The position numbers and the translations under genes were made by a program. Positions 10,220-20,737 of a stretch of 27,857 nt of DNA are shown here, piece after piece. Source of the DNA: Octopus sinensis (lineage: Eukaryota). The stretch is from NCBI RefSeq assembly GCF_006345805.1, contig NW_021827540.1, forward strand, positions 1 to 27,857. Reading direction: 5' to 3'. A model generated the notes under the pieces. That model was not told the origin of the DNA, did not search any database, and saw only the letters and a list, made by a program, of their open reading frames with translations. The first letter of the stretch is position 1; every line of letters begins with the position of its first letter.

Positions 10220-10426
10220 TTTTACTTGTTTCAGTCATTTTGACTGCGGCCATGCTGGAGCACCGCCTTTCATCAAGCAAGTCGACCCCGGACTTCTTTT
10301 GTAAGCCTAGTACTTATTCTATTGGTCTCTTTTGCCGAACCGAAAGGTAACGGGAACATAAACACCTTAGCATCGGTTATCAAGCAATGCTAGGGGGACA
10401 AACACAGACACACAAACACACCCACA

Positions 10427-10474
<48 letters not shown>

Positions 10475-10585
10475 TACGACGGGCTTCTTTCAGTTTCCGT
10501 CTGCCCAAGGTGCCACGCAGTGGGACTGAACCCGGAACCATGTGGTTGGTAAACAAGCTACTTACCACAGAGCCACTCCTGCGCC
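10220..10585 (-). mobile_element. Family-B tRNA-derived SINE with an internal deletion
   Basis: Reverse complement of 11071-11476 lacking about 55 nt after the CCTTGGGCA block; internal (TA)n. Confidence 0.9.
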
Positions 10586-10819
10586 TATTCATATTTGGAT
10601 GAATATTTTCGATACAATAATTGGCGGATCTTGAATTCATCATTCACGGCTGTGCGTCAGCATGATTGAAATTTAATGACGGAAACAAGTAAAATATGAC
10701 AGGTAGAATATATAATATGATCCCAGAATACCTATCATATCCAAGAGCCTGGCAACGAAACATCAAAGTTTCTGTATGTAGTTACTAATGCTTCAAGAAA
10801 TAGCAAGTAAATTTTGTAC

Positions 10820-11040
10820 ATTGCAGTTTATAAGGAATAAAGGACTCGCAGCTTTCTCCCTCCGGGTTGCGGATCCTAGAAATAAGCTGCCGGACGAGAA
10901 ACTAAAGATGCCGACGGCCGCTCGGTTCAAAGTCTCTCTTGACCAGAAATGGTTTGAACTCTTTGTATAACCACCCTCCCTGTACATAACTCCCTGTCCC
11001 TCTACATGTCTCTGCTTTTGCTTTTTGAGCCAATAAAAAT
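10820..11040 (+). mobile_element. CR1/L2-like LINE 3' end
   Basis: AFSLRVADPRNKLPDEKLKMPTAARFKVSLDQKWFELFV* resembles the CR1-group ORF2 C-terminus (FS.RV...WN.LP......FK..LD). It is followed by a short UTR ending AATAAAA. Confidence 0.6.
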
Positions 11041-11070
11041 TGAATTTAAAATTGAGTTCAACAACTTATA

Positions 11071-11476
11071 GGCGCAGGAGTAGCTGTGTGGTAAGTAGCT
11101 TGCTTACTAGCCACATGGTTCCGGGTTCAGTCCCACTGCGTGGCATCTTCGGCAAGTGTCTTCTGCTATAGCCTCGGGCCGACCAATGCCTTCTGAGTGG
11201 ATTTCGTAGACGGCAACTGAAAGAAGTCTGTCGTATATATGTATATATATATGTACGGGTGTGTATATTTGTGTGTCTGTGTTTGTCCCCCTAGCATCGC
11301 TTGACAACCGATGCTGGTGTGTTTACGTCCCCGTCACTTAGCGGTTCGCCAAAAGAGACCGATAGAATAAGTACTGGGCTTAGAAAGAATAAGTCCCGGG
11401 GTCGATTTGCTCGACTAAAGGCGATGCTCCTGCATGGTCGCAGTCAAATGACTGAAACAAGTAAAAGAGTAAAGAG
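11071..11476 (+). mobile_element. Full-length family-B tRNA-derived SINE
   Basis: A-box-like TAGCTGTGTGG, B-box-like GGGTTCAGTCCC, CORE-like CTTCGGCAAGT block, internal (TA)/(TG) tract, 3' TAAAAGAG repeats. Confidence 0.9.
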
Positions 11477-12121
11477 TATAAAATAAAAACGTGGTATTCA
11501 TGTATTGCAGTTTTTGACTTTTATTTCTACTGGATCAGACTTTTGCCTGGGGCTAAAAAATACTTTTAAGCAAGAATAAAAGGAAAGAAACGTAGACACG
11601 GCTAAAGATGTGTCATCGCCATCGCTGCCAACATCAAAACCGTCATTACCGTAATTGGAATATCTATGGCTTCTGTCGTTGTTTGCGATATTGCATTGGA
11701 ATAAGGAAACCATATTTCTTACAAAGAAGTTACGTAACAATAAATAGGAAGGCTATAATGAGGTAATTGACATTTGACAAAATCAATTAGAATCGTCACG
11801 AAGATAAACGATAAAAAAATATAATGGTATGTTTTGTTAGTGATGGCTTAGCGTGGCTGAAGGTAACCTGATGGAAATTGTAACGGAATATATATTTCGG
11901 AGTTATGTTTGTCTGGAATCTGGTCTGATCTACGAGTATGTGTTGAAACTAAAACATTTCCAGTGTGGTAGATAATTATCAGTTGGTGAAAACCAACACT
12001 AATATATCTGTTGACTTCATTTAATATTTTCTTATTATATGGTGCCCAAATTTTCATCACCTCAAATGCAAACTGGTAACTAACGCAATTCCATTGAGAC
12101 AACGGTATATACTATTGTTAT

Positions 12122-12355
12122 AAAGGCGGCGAGCTGGCAGAAACGTTAGCACGCCGGGCGAAATGCTTAGCGGTATTTCGTCTGCCGTTACGTTCTGAGT
12201 TCAAATTCCGACGAGGTCGACTTTGCCTTTCATCCTTTCGGGGTCGATAAATTAAGTGCCAGTTACGCACTGGGGTCGATGTAATCGACTTAATACCTAT
12301 ATCTGTCCTTGTTTGTCCCCTCTGTGTTTAGCCCCTTGTGGGTAATAAAGAAATA
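12122..12355 (+). mobile_element. Full-length family-A tRNA-derived SINE
   Basis: Head TGGCAGAAACGTTAGC ... GAGTTCAAATTCC, ends AAAGAAATA. 18-bp TSD GGTATATACTA[T/C]TGTTAT at 12104-12121 and 12356-12373. Confidence 0.92.
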
Positions 12356-12423
12356 GGTATATACTACTGTTATGAGAAGTCCAGATACTGAGAAGTGAAG
12401 AAGCTTAACATACATATCGATGT

Positions 12424-12555
<132 letters not shown>

Positions 12556-12559
12556 ACTT

Positions 12560-12717
12560 TTCTCTTTTCTTTTATTTGTTCCAGTCATTTGATTGCGGCC
12601 TTTAGAAGAGCAAATTGACCCCAGGAGTTACCTTGGGGAAGTGTCTTCTTCTACAGCGTCGAGCCGATCAAAGCCTTGTGAGTGGATTTGGTAGAAGGTA
12701 ATTGAAAGAAACTATCG

Positions 12718-12753
<36 letters not shown>

Positions 12754-12830
12754 CGTGTGTGTGTCTGTGTGTGTATGTTTGTGTGTCTTTGTTTATCCCC
12801 ACCAACATCCCTTGACAACCGATGTATTGT
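12560..12830. mobile_element. Two family-B SINE pieces in opposite orientation
   Basis: About 12560-12628 is the minus-strand 3' end; about 12630-12830 is the plus-strand middle part. Confidence 0.65.
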
Positions 12831-13030
12831 AATATTTTGTGACAACCAGTACTTAACACAACAAATCTTTTACATGTTACGTTTGACAATCTTTTTCTAA
12901 AATGGTGAAACCGGTCAAGTGAATAAACATCTTTTAAAATTGCATTTTCAAACCTTCTTTCGTATATAATTCCACTCGTGCGGTACCTTACAACATCACT
13001 TTGTTATATATATACCTTAGCGGTTATATA

Positions 13031-13061
<31 letters not shown>

Positions 13062-13062
13062 A

Positions 13063-13205
13063 CTTAGCGGTTTGACAAAAGCGTCTGATAGAATAAGTAC
13101 TAGGCTTACAAAGATTAAGTCCTGGGGTCGATTTGCTCGACTAAAGACGGTGCTCCAGCATGGCCGCAGTCAAATGACTAAATCCAGAAAAACAGTAAAG
13201 GAGTA
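13063..13205 (+). mobile_element. Family-B SINE 3' fragment
   Basis: CTTAGCGGTT...GATAGAATAAGTACT...GCTCCAGCATGGCCGCAGTCAAATGACT. Confidence 0.85.
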
Positions 13206-13654
13206 AAAGACAGTGTAGTGATCCGGATGAAATGATATTTTGAGATTAAAACTGCGAATTTTCCAGAAATGACAACAAAATATCTCTGCCTCTCACCCTC
13301 TGTTACTTTCGCCTATCATCGAGTAATTTTGTATTTTTAAACACAATACGTCTTTTAAATTATCTCCCCTGGTTGAAACTCTGCGGATTCACAGCGTTTA
13401 ATGACGGACAAACATTATGTCATATTGATAATGATTTGTGTGTGTGTATGTGTATGTCTGTTTGTGTGTGCGTGTTTATACATACGTACATATACGTATT
13501 TATACAATCACTCGCAGGAATCGACATCAGGACAATGAGTCGCGTAGCCTAGCTATTAAGCCACGCATCGTGACAGATACAGACACTCACACACACATAC
13601 ATACACACATACTAACATGCATGCAAAAACACGAACACGCACACATATGTGGCT

Positions 13655-14050
13655 GTGACAGATGTAAGATCGATTGCGTGGTAAGAAGCATGATTCCCAA
13701 GCACATGGTTCCGGGTTCAATCTCACGGAGTGATATCATGGGCAAGTGTTTCCTACTAAAAACCTCGGGCCGACCAAAGCCTCGTGAGTGTAGATTTGGT
13801 TGACGGAAACAGAATGAAATCTATCGTACATGTTTGTGTGTTTGTGGGTTTTTTTGTCTGTTTTTATCCCTCGTTAGCGACTAATGACACGCCAGTTTGT
13901 TTCAGTATTCGTAAATTAGCGGTTCGGCAAAATTGACCGATAAAACAAACACCAAACTTTAAAAAATGTAGCGCGGTCGATTCGTTCGCTAAAATTCTTC
14001 CACGAAGGGCCCCAGCATGGTCGGAGTCTAATGACTAAAGTAAATTAAAA
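13655..14050 (+). mobile_element. Diverged family-B SINE
   Basis: CACATGGTTCCGGGTTCAAT...GGGCAAGTGT...CCTCGGGCCGACCAAAGCC...TTAGCGGTTCGGCAAAA...CCAGCATGG. Confidence 0.75.
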
Positions 14051-14079
14051 GACAATACATAACAGATATTATACTCATA

Positions 14080-14488
14080 GGCGCAAGAGTGGCTGTGTAC
14101 TAAGTAGCTTGTTAACCAAGCATATGGTTCCGGGTTCAGTCCCACTGTGTGGCATCTTGGGCAAGTGTCTTCTATAATAGTCTCAGGGCAACCAATGCCT
14201 CGTGAGTGGATTTAGTAGACGGAAACTGAAAGAAGCCTGTCGTATATATGTATATATATATATTTATGTGTTTGTGGGTTTGTGTGTCTGTGTTTGTCCC
14301 CCTAGCATTGTTTGACAACCGATGCTGGTGTGTTTATGTCCCCGTCACCAAGCGGTTCGGTAAAAGAGACCGATAGAATAAGTACTGGGCTTACAAAGAA
14401 TAAGTCCCTGGGTCGATTTGCTCGACTAAAGGCGGTGCTCCAGCATGGCCGCAGTCAAATGACTGAAACAAGTAAAAGAGTAAAAGAG
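14080..14488 (+). mobile_element. Full-length family-B SINE
   Basis: Colinear with 11071-11476. Confidence 0.9.
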
Positions 14489-15004
14489 ATACCAATTAGT
14501 GTAATTACCAAGAGGAAAAATCACACCATATATACCAACGAGGTACATATACCAAAGCCACAACTCGCTCACCAATCTACAACATAGCAGCCAAAACCGA
14601 AATATACTATGAAAACCATCAATAATTACAACACCTTTCATGGCGGCTAAACTATTTAATTTCCCTTCAGATTACATGTTTCGCTGAAATGAAAATATTT
14701 TTCGATAAATGTCTAGGATTTTCTGCACAGCTTTTCACTCACGTCCCAGCCTCATTTTCCTTCATCATCCTCTATCTTGCACTGCGTCTCATATTTCTTT
14801 TCCTTTTTCTTAATTCGTCTTCCTTTTTCATTTTGTGCTTTTTTTCTGCAATACACAATGTGCCTTTATTTTCTTTTACTTCTTATTTCTGCTAATTTTA
14901 CCAAGTTTCTAACTACGGTGCCATTACGATTTTTTTTTTCCTACTGTAGCTGGAATGGAAAAGAAATATGAATTTTTATGACGATTATTAATATAATAAT
15001 AAGA

Positions 15005-15118
<114 letters not shown>

Positions 15119-15281
15119 ATTTATGATTAGCTTTTTTATTATGACGATGATTATAACGTCGGCGAAGAAGAAAGTGGCGGTTATTATGTCATCGGTAATA
15201 AAGGAATATTATATTAGTAAAATTCATTTCTTCACCCCAAAATATATATATGAAGACACCAATTTAGAAATTGCAACAACA

Positions 15282-15301
15282 ATAACAACAACAACAACGA
15301 C

Positions 15302-15397
<96 letters not shown>

Positions 15398-15408
15398 AAG
15401 AAGAAGAA
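15282..15408. repeat. (AAC)n(AAT)n(AAG)n microsatellite
   Basis: Direct reading. Confidence 0.95.
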
Positions 15409-15412
15409 TTAT

Positions 15413-15603
15413 AATGGTTCCAATTTTAAGGGAAGGGGAGGGGTCGATTACATCGACCTCAATCTCCAATTGGTACTTACTTTATCGAACCCGAAAAGAT
15501 GAAAGGCAACGTCGATTTCGGCAGAATGTGAACTCAGGACGACGGGCGAAATACCACTAAGCATTTAGTGCAGTGTGCTAACTGTATTGCCAACTCACTT
15601 CCT
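15413..15603 (-). mobile_element. Diverged family-A SINE with the alternative tail
   Basis: GTCGATTACATCGACC...TGGTACTT...GATGAAAGGCAA...TGAACTCAG...GAAATACCACTAAGCATTT. Confidence 0.75.
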
Positions 15604-15611
15604 TTAACAAT

Positions 15612-15747
15612 ATTACTACTACTACTACTACTAATAATAATAATAATAATAATAACAACAACAACAATAATAATAATAATGATAATAATAATAATAACAA
15701 TAATAATAATAATGATAATAATGATAATAATGATGATAATAATGATA

Positions 15748-15818
<71 letters not shown>

Positions 15819-15846
15819 CACAACAACAATAATAATAATAATAATG

Positions 15847-15915
<69 letters not shown>

Positions 15916-15948
15916 TATTAAAAATAATAATAACAATAATAATAATAA

Positions 15949-15979
<31 letters not shown>

Positions 15980-16002
15980 AATAATATAATAATAATAATA
16001 AC

Positions 16003-16044
<42 letters not shown>

Positions 16045-16060
16045 CACAAAAAAATAATAA
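15612..16060. repeat. Large (AAT)n array
   Basis: Direct reading. Confidence 0.95.
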
Positions 16061-16255
16061 GCTAATCACCCAGACATAATAATGAAGGATTGGAGAAAAA
16101 AACACTTGCTTACTGATAGACATTGCAGTCCTTTCAGATCAAAATATTGTCATAGAAGAATTGGAGAAATTGTCAAAGTACAAAGACCTCGAAATTAAAG
16201 TATTCAAAATGTGGAGCACAAAGGTAAATCAATGTCAATAATAATTGGAGCATTG
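16061..16255 (+). mobile_element. Second, diverged R4/Dong-like RLE fragment
   Basis: ANHPDIIMKDWRKK/TCLLIDIAVLSDQNIVIEELEKLSKYKDLEIKVFKMWSTK/..IIIGAL, homologous to 1470-1680. It starts directly after (AAT)n. Confidence 0.8.
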
Positions 16256-16269
16256 ACTATATTAGACTG

Positions 16270-16358
16270 TTTTCTATCCTTTGGTCTCTCCAGTATGGAA
16301 TGACCTACTACGGGCTTTCACTCCGCTGGGATAGCCCTGAGTGTCACTGAGGCACACA
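16270..16358 (-). mobile_element. Decayed dispersed repeat homologous to 897-965
   Basis: Shared blocks as listed for 897-965. Confidence 0.35.
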
Positions 16359-16446
16359 TCGGAAACCTGCAAAGATTGGATTCTTTGGTGGACTCAGAAG
16401 GTAAACTTTAAAAGAAAAACGCAGCATCTGACATAGATATTACCTG

Positions 16447-16715
16447 TGAAAGACCACGTTATGCTGAGACTGCTTTTGTGATGGGATGAGGTTGATACTC
16501 ATATATTCTTTGAAAAACACCGCGTTACGTAGAAACAGCTTTTGTGACGGAATAAGTTTTATTGCACAAAACACCACGGATTCTGAAAGACACCAGATTA
16601 CGTAGAGAAAGTGTCTGTGATGGAAGAAAAGGTTTACTGTATGAATAAAAAAAAAACGTCCGCTGTCTCTAATATTTACTTTGAAAGATGCCACGTTTCG
16701 CAGAGAAAGTTTTTA
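16447..16715. repeat. Diverged minisatellite, about 4 units
   Basis: TGAAA(G/A)A-(C)ACC-n-CGTTACGTAGA-like starts at 16447, 16511, 16584 and 16682. Confidence 0.65.
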
Positions 16716-17079
16716 AGTGCATCTCTAACATTCTAAATATAAAAATTGTTTCTTTAGAATATGGCTACCGGCATTGTTCTTAACATCAAAGACGTAAATT
16801 TTGTGTTAATACTAATGCTTATTTTATTGTTTTTTTTCGTTGATTTATTCAACATTGACTTAGTATTTGAAAAAAGAAAAAACTAGCAAGACATCTCAAC
16901 TTATAAAGGTCGTAACATTTCCGCTATACAAGACATAACATATTAGAATATTTTATACACCCTAGATATTTCATTATGGCAAAAAATTTAGCTGGTTGTC
17001 AAGTCAGCAGAGATTACCGCAAGGTGGCCGCGTATCAAAAAATGTTAACCCTGCACATGGTAGTGTCACCAGGACCAGT

Positions 17080-17900
17080 GTCAAAGGGCCAGGAAACAGG
17101 TCATCTGATTGTTTCTGGGGGATGTTTCAAATCTCTGTGGGCCAGGAGCTGTGAGCCCTGGAAGGAGCGGTGCTATTTCTTGGACACAAGCTGCGGAATA
17201 ATAGAGCCAGTCTGGGTTATCTGTATGAAGGCGTCGGATGTTGAAAGATCCGAAATACTCAATGAACACCTGGCAGGCGAAAGGCCATCAGTTGGTCTGT
17301 GGAGGCAGTAGAAGTCGCGTCTCCGTGGCTTTCCATCAGTGATAAGTTCTACTGGGATAAACTCGACTCTGGTTAGGTTATTTGCATGAGCCTGCCTGAT
17401 GCTGAAAGACTCCGAATACCCAATATACTTTCAGGAAGGAAAATGTTATCAGCTTGGTCAGCGGAGATTGCTTCAAATGTCTGAAGATCAGCAGGTTCGA
17501 GCTTTGGAAGGGTCGATGCAACTTGACACACGCCGGGGAATAATGCAGCTAGGCTGGGTAATCTGTATCTGGGTGTTTGAGGCTGAAAGACCCGGAACAA
17601 TTATTGAAATTTTAGAAGGCAAAATGTCATCAGTTCTTCGGCGGAGGGAGTAGAGCTCAGGCCTCCGTAGCTGCGTATCAAGTGTAAAACATCCAAAGTG
17701 CAGTGCTGCCGGTAACAAGCTGGGATATAATCGACCCCGGCCGAGTGCCCTATCTGAGGCTGCCTCATGTTGAATGACCTCAAGCACCCGATGAACGCTA
17801 CGTAGGCGAAAATACATCAGGTTCCCTGTGGAGGCAACTGTGGTTGTCTCAAATGTAGATCAGGAGGTGCCAGCCCTTGGTGAGGCAGTACTACCAAGGG
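17080..17900 (-). repeat. Diverged tandem array, about 5 units of 160-187 bp, possibly a decayed repeat-protein ORF
   Basis: Anchor (C/T)ATCAG at 17286, 17447, 17628 and 17815, each preceded by TGAA(A/T)GA and GG(A/G)AT blocks at conserved spacing. Confidence 0.7.
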
Positions 17901-18049
17901 TAGAGCTAACGGGATATATCAGGTACTTGGCTAACCAGGGTGAGGATGCCTGATTGTTAAAAGAGCCGAAAGATAGAATAAACCAACAAACATCACTGAT
18001 AAAGCGTCCAGCGGCGCCACAGGATGATACGTGAACAAAATATTGTAGC

Positions 18050-18559
18050 TATTCATGTGACCTCCTTCGGTCATGAATGACCATGGAATTGCACATAGAA
18101 TGTTACCCTCGTGGTACAAGTCTGGGCAAGGTTGTTTATGGAAGACCAGCAGTCGCCCACACATACAAGCCTCCCCTTTCCATGCTACCGATGTTATCCA
18201 AGGGAAAGGCAAAGGGGCCGATACAGCTTGGCACCATTGACGTCGTAGCTAATTTATTAACGTGCAAGTGGCTGAGCACTCCACAGACAAGTGTACCCTT
18301 AACGTAGTTCTCGAGGAGATTCAACGTGACACAGAGTGTGACAAGGCTGGCCCTTTGAAATACAGGTACAACAGAAACAGGAAGAAAGAGTGAGAGAAAG
18401 TTGTGGTGAAAGAGTACAGCAGGGTTCACCACCACCCCTGCCGGGGCCTCGTGGAGCTTTAGGTGTTTTCGCTCAATAAACGCTAACAATGCCCGGTCTG
18501 GGAATCGAAACCGCGATCCCACGACCGCGAGTTCGCTGCCCTAACCACTGGGCCATTGC
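18050..18559 (-). mobile_element. tRNA-derived SINE (family C-related), about 510 bp
   Basis: Minus-strand A-box TGGCCCAGTGG (18545-18555) and B-box GGTTTCGATTCC (18501-18512). Left boundary approximate. Confidence 0.75.
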
Positions 18560-18900
18560 TATGTAATGTTCGGAGAAAGAAAAAATTAGATACGCTGAGA
18601 TTTGAGTCCACAGAATACAATCACATAACGAGTGGGACTATGGCTGTGCCCCTAAGTCAAAATAGGAGTAACACGAAGAAAGGATTTAAAGAAAGTAAAG
18701 ACTTAAACAAAACACGGTCGTTTAGTCGTTTGTTTTTTAAATTCTGCCAAGATATGAATCTCAGGACAAGGTTACCGAATCTGATGCATATTTATAAGAG
18801 TAATAGCTAAAACATATATACTTGAATATATACATTATGCACACCACCACCCACGTGTGATGAGAAACGAGTTAAAGTGTGTTATTGAGTGTTACGGTTC

Positions 18901-19399
18901 ACTGGTACTTCATTTATCGACCCCGAGAGGATGAAAGGCAAAGTCGACCTCGGCGGAATTTGAACTCAGAACGTAACGGCAGACGAAATACCTATTTCTT
19001 TACTGCCCACAAGGGGCTAAACATAGAGTGGACAAACAAGGGCAGACAGAGGGATTAAGTCGATTACATCGACCCAGTGCGAAACTGGTACTTCATTTAT
19101 CGACCCCGAGTGGATGAATGGCAAAGTCGACCCTGGCGGAATTTGAACTCAGAACGTAACGGCAGACGAAATACCTATTTCTTTACTGCCCACAAGGGGC
19201 TAAACATAGAGGGGACAAACAAGGACAGACAAAGGGATTAAGTCGATTACATCGACCCAGTGTGAAACTGGTACTTCATTTATCGACCCCGAGAGAATGA
19301 AAGGCAAAGTCGACCCTGGCGGAATTTGAACTCAGAACGTAACGCCAGACGAAATACCGCTAAGCATTTTTCCCGGCACGCTAACGTTTCCGCCAGCTC
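18901..19399 (-). mobile_element. Head-to-tail trimer of family-A SINE, exact 183-bp period
   Basis: ACTGGTACTTCATTT at 18901, 19084 and 19267. Junctions at 18992|18993 and 19175|19176. Head only at the right end. Confidence 0.92.
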
Positions 19400-20284
19400 A
19401 TAGATAGTAAGAAACATCTTTTAAATGACATACATGTGAACGTTTTTGCTGCAGATTTCGTGCGCGCAGATTAGAGAACTCAGATTTGATCTTTTTCGCG
19501 GGAGCATCGCGATCTCGTATCTCAAATCTATTGAGGAAGAAAAGGTGCGCCATTACGCTACAAAACATCAACACAACTATCAATATAAATTAACGTGTTC
19601 CTACATGCCAACAGGGTGTGACCTTTGTGATGACTGTGCGTACGTCTAAAAGCAGAACACTTCTTCATGCAGCGCCTGTCAATTGGCTGAAACGACATGA
19701 AAGGCATCGTCATTCATGGTATATTCGTGAATAAGTCACTAACCGAAATTAGTGGATCTATTGTTGAACGATTCTGCCGCAGTTTTCATACGCGCACGAA
19801 GTTAAATGTCAAGAGGCGATAAAATACATCACTAAGGATAGCTATTGTTCTGACTGTCTACCTGTAAGGACTTATTGTTTTTAACTAAGAACCATAGCTT
19901 TTACTAGCTTATGGAAAAATTGAGGATTTGATTTCGATTCTAGGGCTAGCTGGATAGCAAACGAAAATGCATTCCATGCGTTTTCTTAAAGTTTCTGTAA
20001 TAAATCGGGGAGAAGTATTTATTATGTATTTTTCATTTATTATATACAGGAAAAGGAATGGGTTAATTCCCTTAGCTGTTACAGGAAATATATGGATTTT
20101 ATATGGGCGTACCTCTTCTAGGAACCCTAGCTATCCAATTATAGATTTTTGCTAAACTTCAATGAGGCTAGTAACAAACTGGGTGTTACTTTAACATGTT
20201 TGCAAAGTTTCACGAAAATTCGTTAACGGGTGTAGACGGCAACTTAACACAAACAGACATTCTAACAGACAATTTGCGTTTATA

Positions 20285-20363
20285 TATGTATATATGTGTG
20301 TGTGTGTGTGTGTGTGTCTGTGTCTGTGTGTGATTGTGTGTGTGTGTGTGATTGTGTGTGTGT

Positions 20364-20394
<31 letters not shown>

Positions 20395-20395
20395 C
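20285..20395. repeat. (TG)n microsatellite
   Basis: Direct reading. Confidence 0.95.
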
Positions 20396-20702
20396 ACTTA
20401 TTTAATCGACCCCGAAAAGGATGAAAGGCAAAGTCGACCTCGGCGAAATTTGAACTCAGAACTTAAAGGCAGACGAAATACCTATTTCTTTACTACCCAC
20501 AAGGGGCTAAACACAGAGAGGATAAACAAGGACAGACAAACAGATTAAGTCGATTATATCAAACCCAGTGCGTAACTGGTACTTATTTAATCGACCCCAA
20601 AAGGATGAAAAGCAAAGTCAACCACGGCGGAATTTGAACTCAGAACGTAACGACAGACGAAATACCGCTAAGCATTTCGTCCAGTGTGCTAACGTGTCTG
20701 CC
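20396..20702 (-). mobile_element. Head-to-tail dimer of family-A SINE
   Basis: Period about 185 bp; junction 20482|20483. Confidence 0.9.
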
Positions 20703-20737
20703 GTTAATATGTCAGGGGCTGTAACAGAAATCATTGC

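Noticed and set aside
12122-12210. tRNA genes at the A/B-box sites
   Set aside because: No complete cloverleaf; each continues into a repeated SINE body.
17331-17347. tetO-like ATCAGTGATA (also near 17992 and 21508)
   Set aside because: Short partial matches; no reason for a bacterial operator here.
17181-17835. Plus-strand frame with conserved TGA suggesting a TGA=Trp code
   Set aside because: The TGAs are the complement of conserved F-Q and V-H codon junctions on the minus strand; the context is nuclear.
18901-19399. CRISPR-like or retrozyme-like array
   Set aside because: Units are full 183-bp SINE bodies with no unique spacers, and no CUGAnGA core is present on either strand.
20185-20285. 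Helentron/HINE-like 3' segment
   Set aside because: Only a loose recalled resemblance; no subterminal repeats or hairpin could be confirmed.
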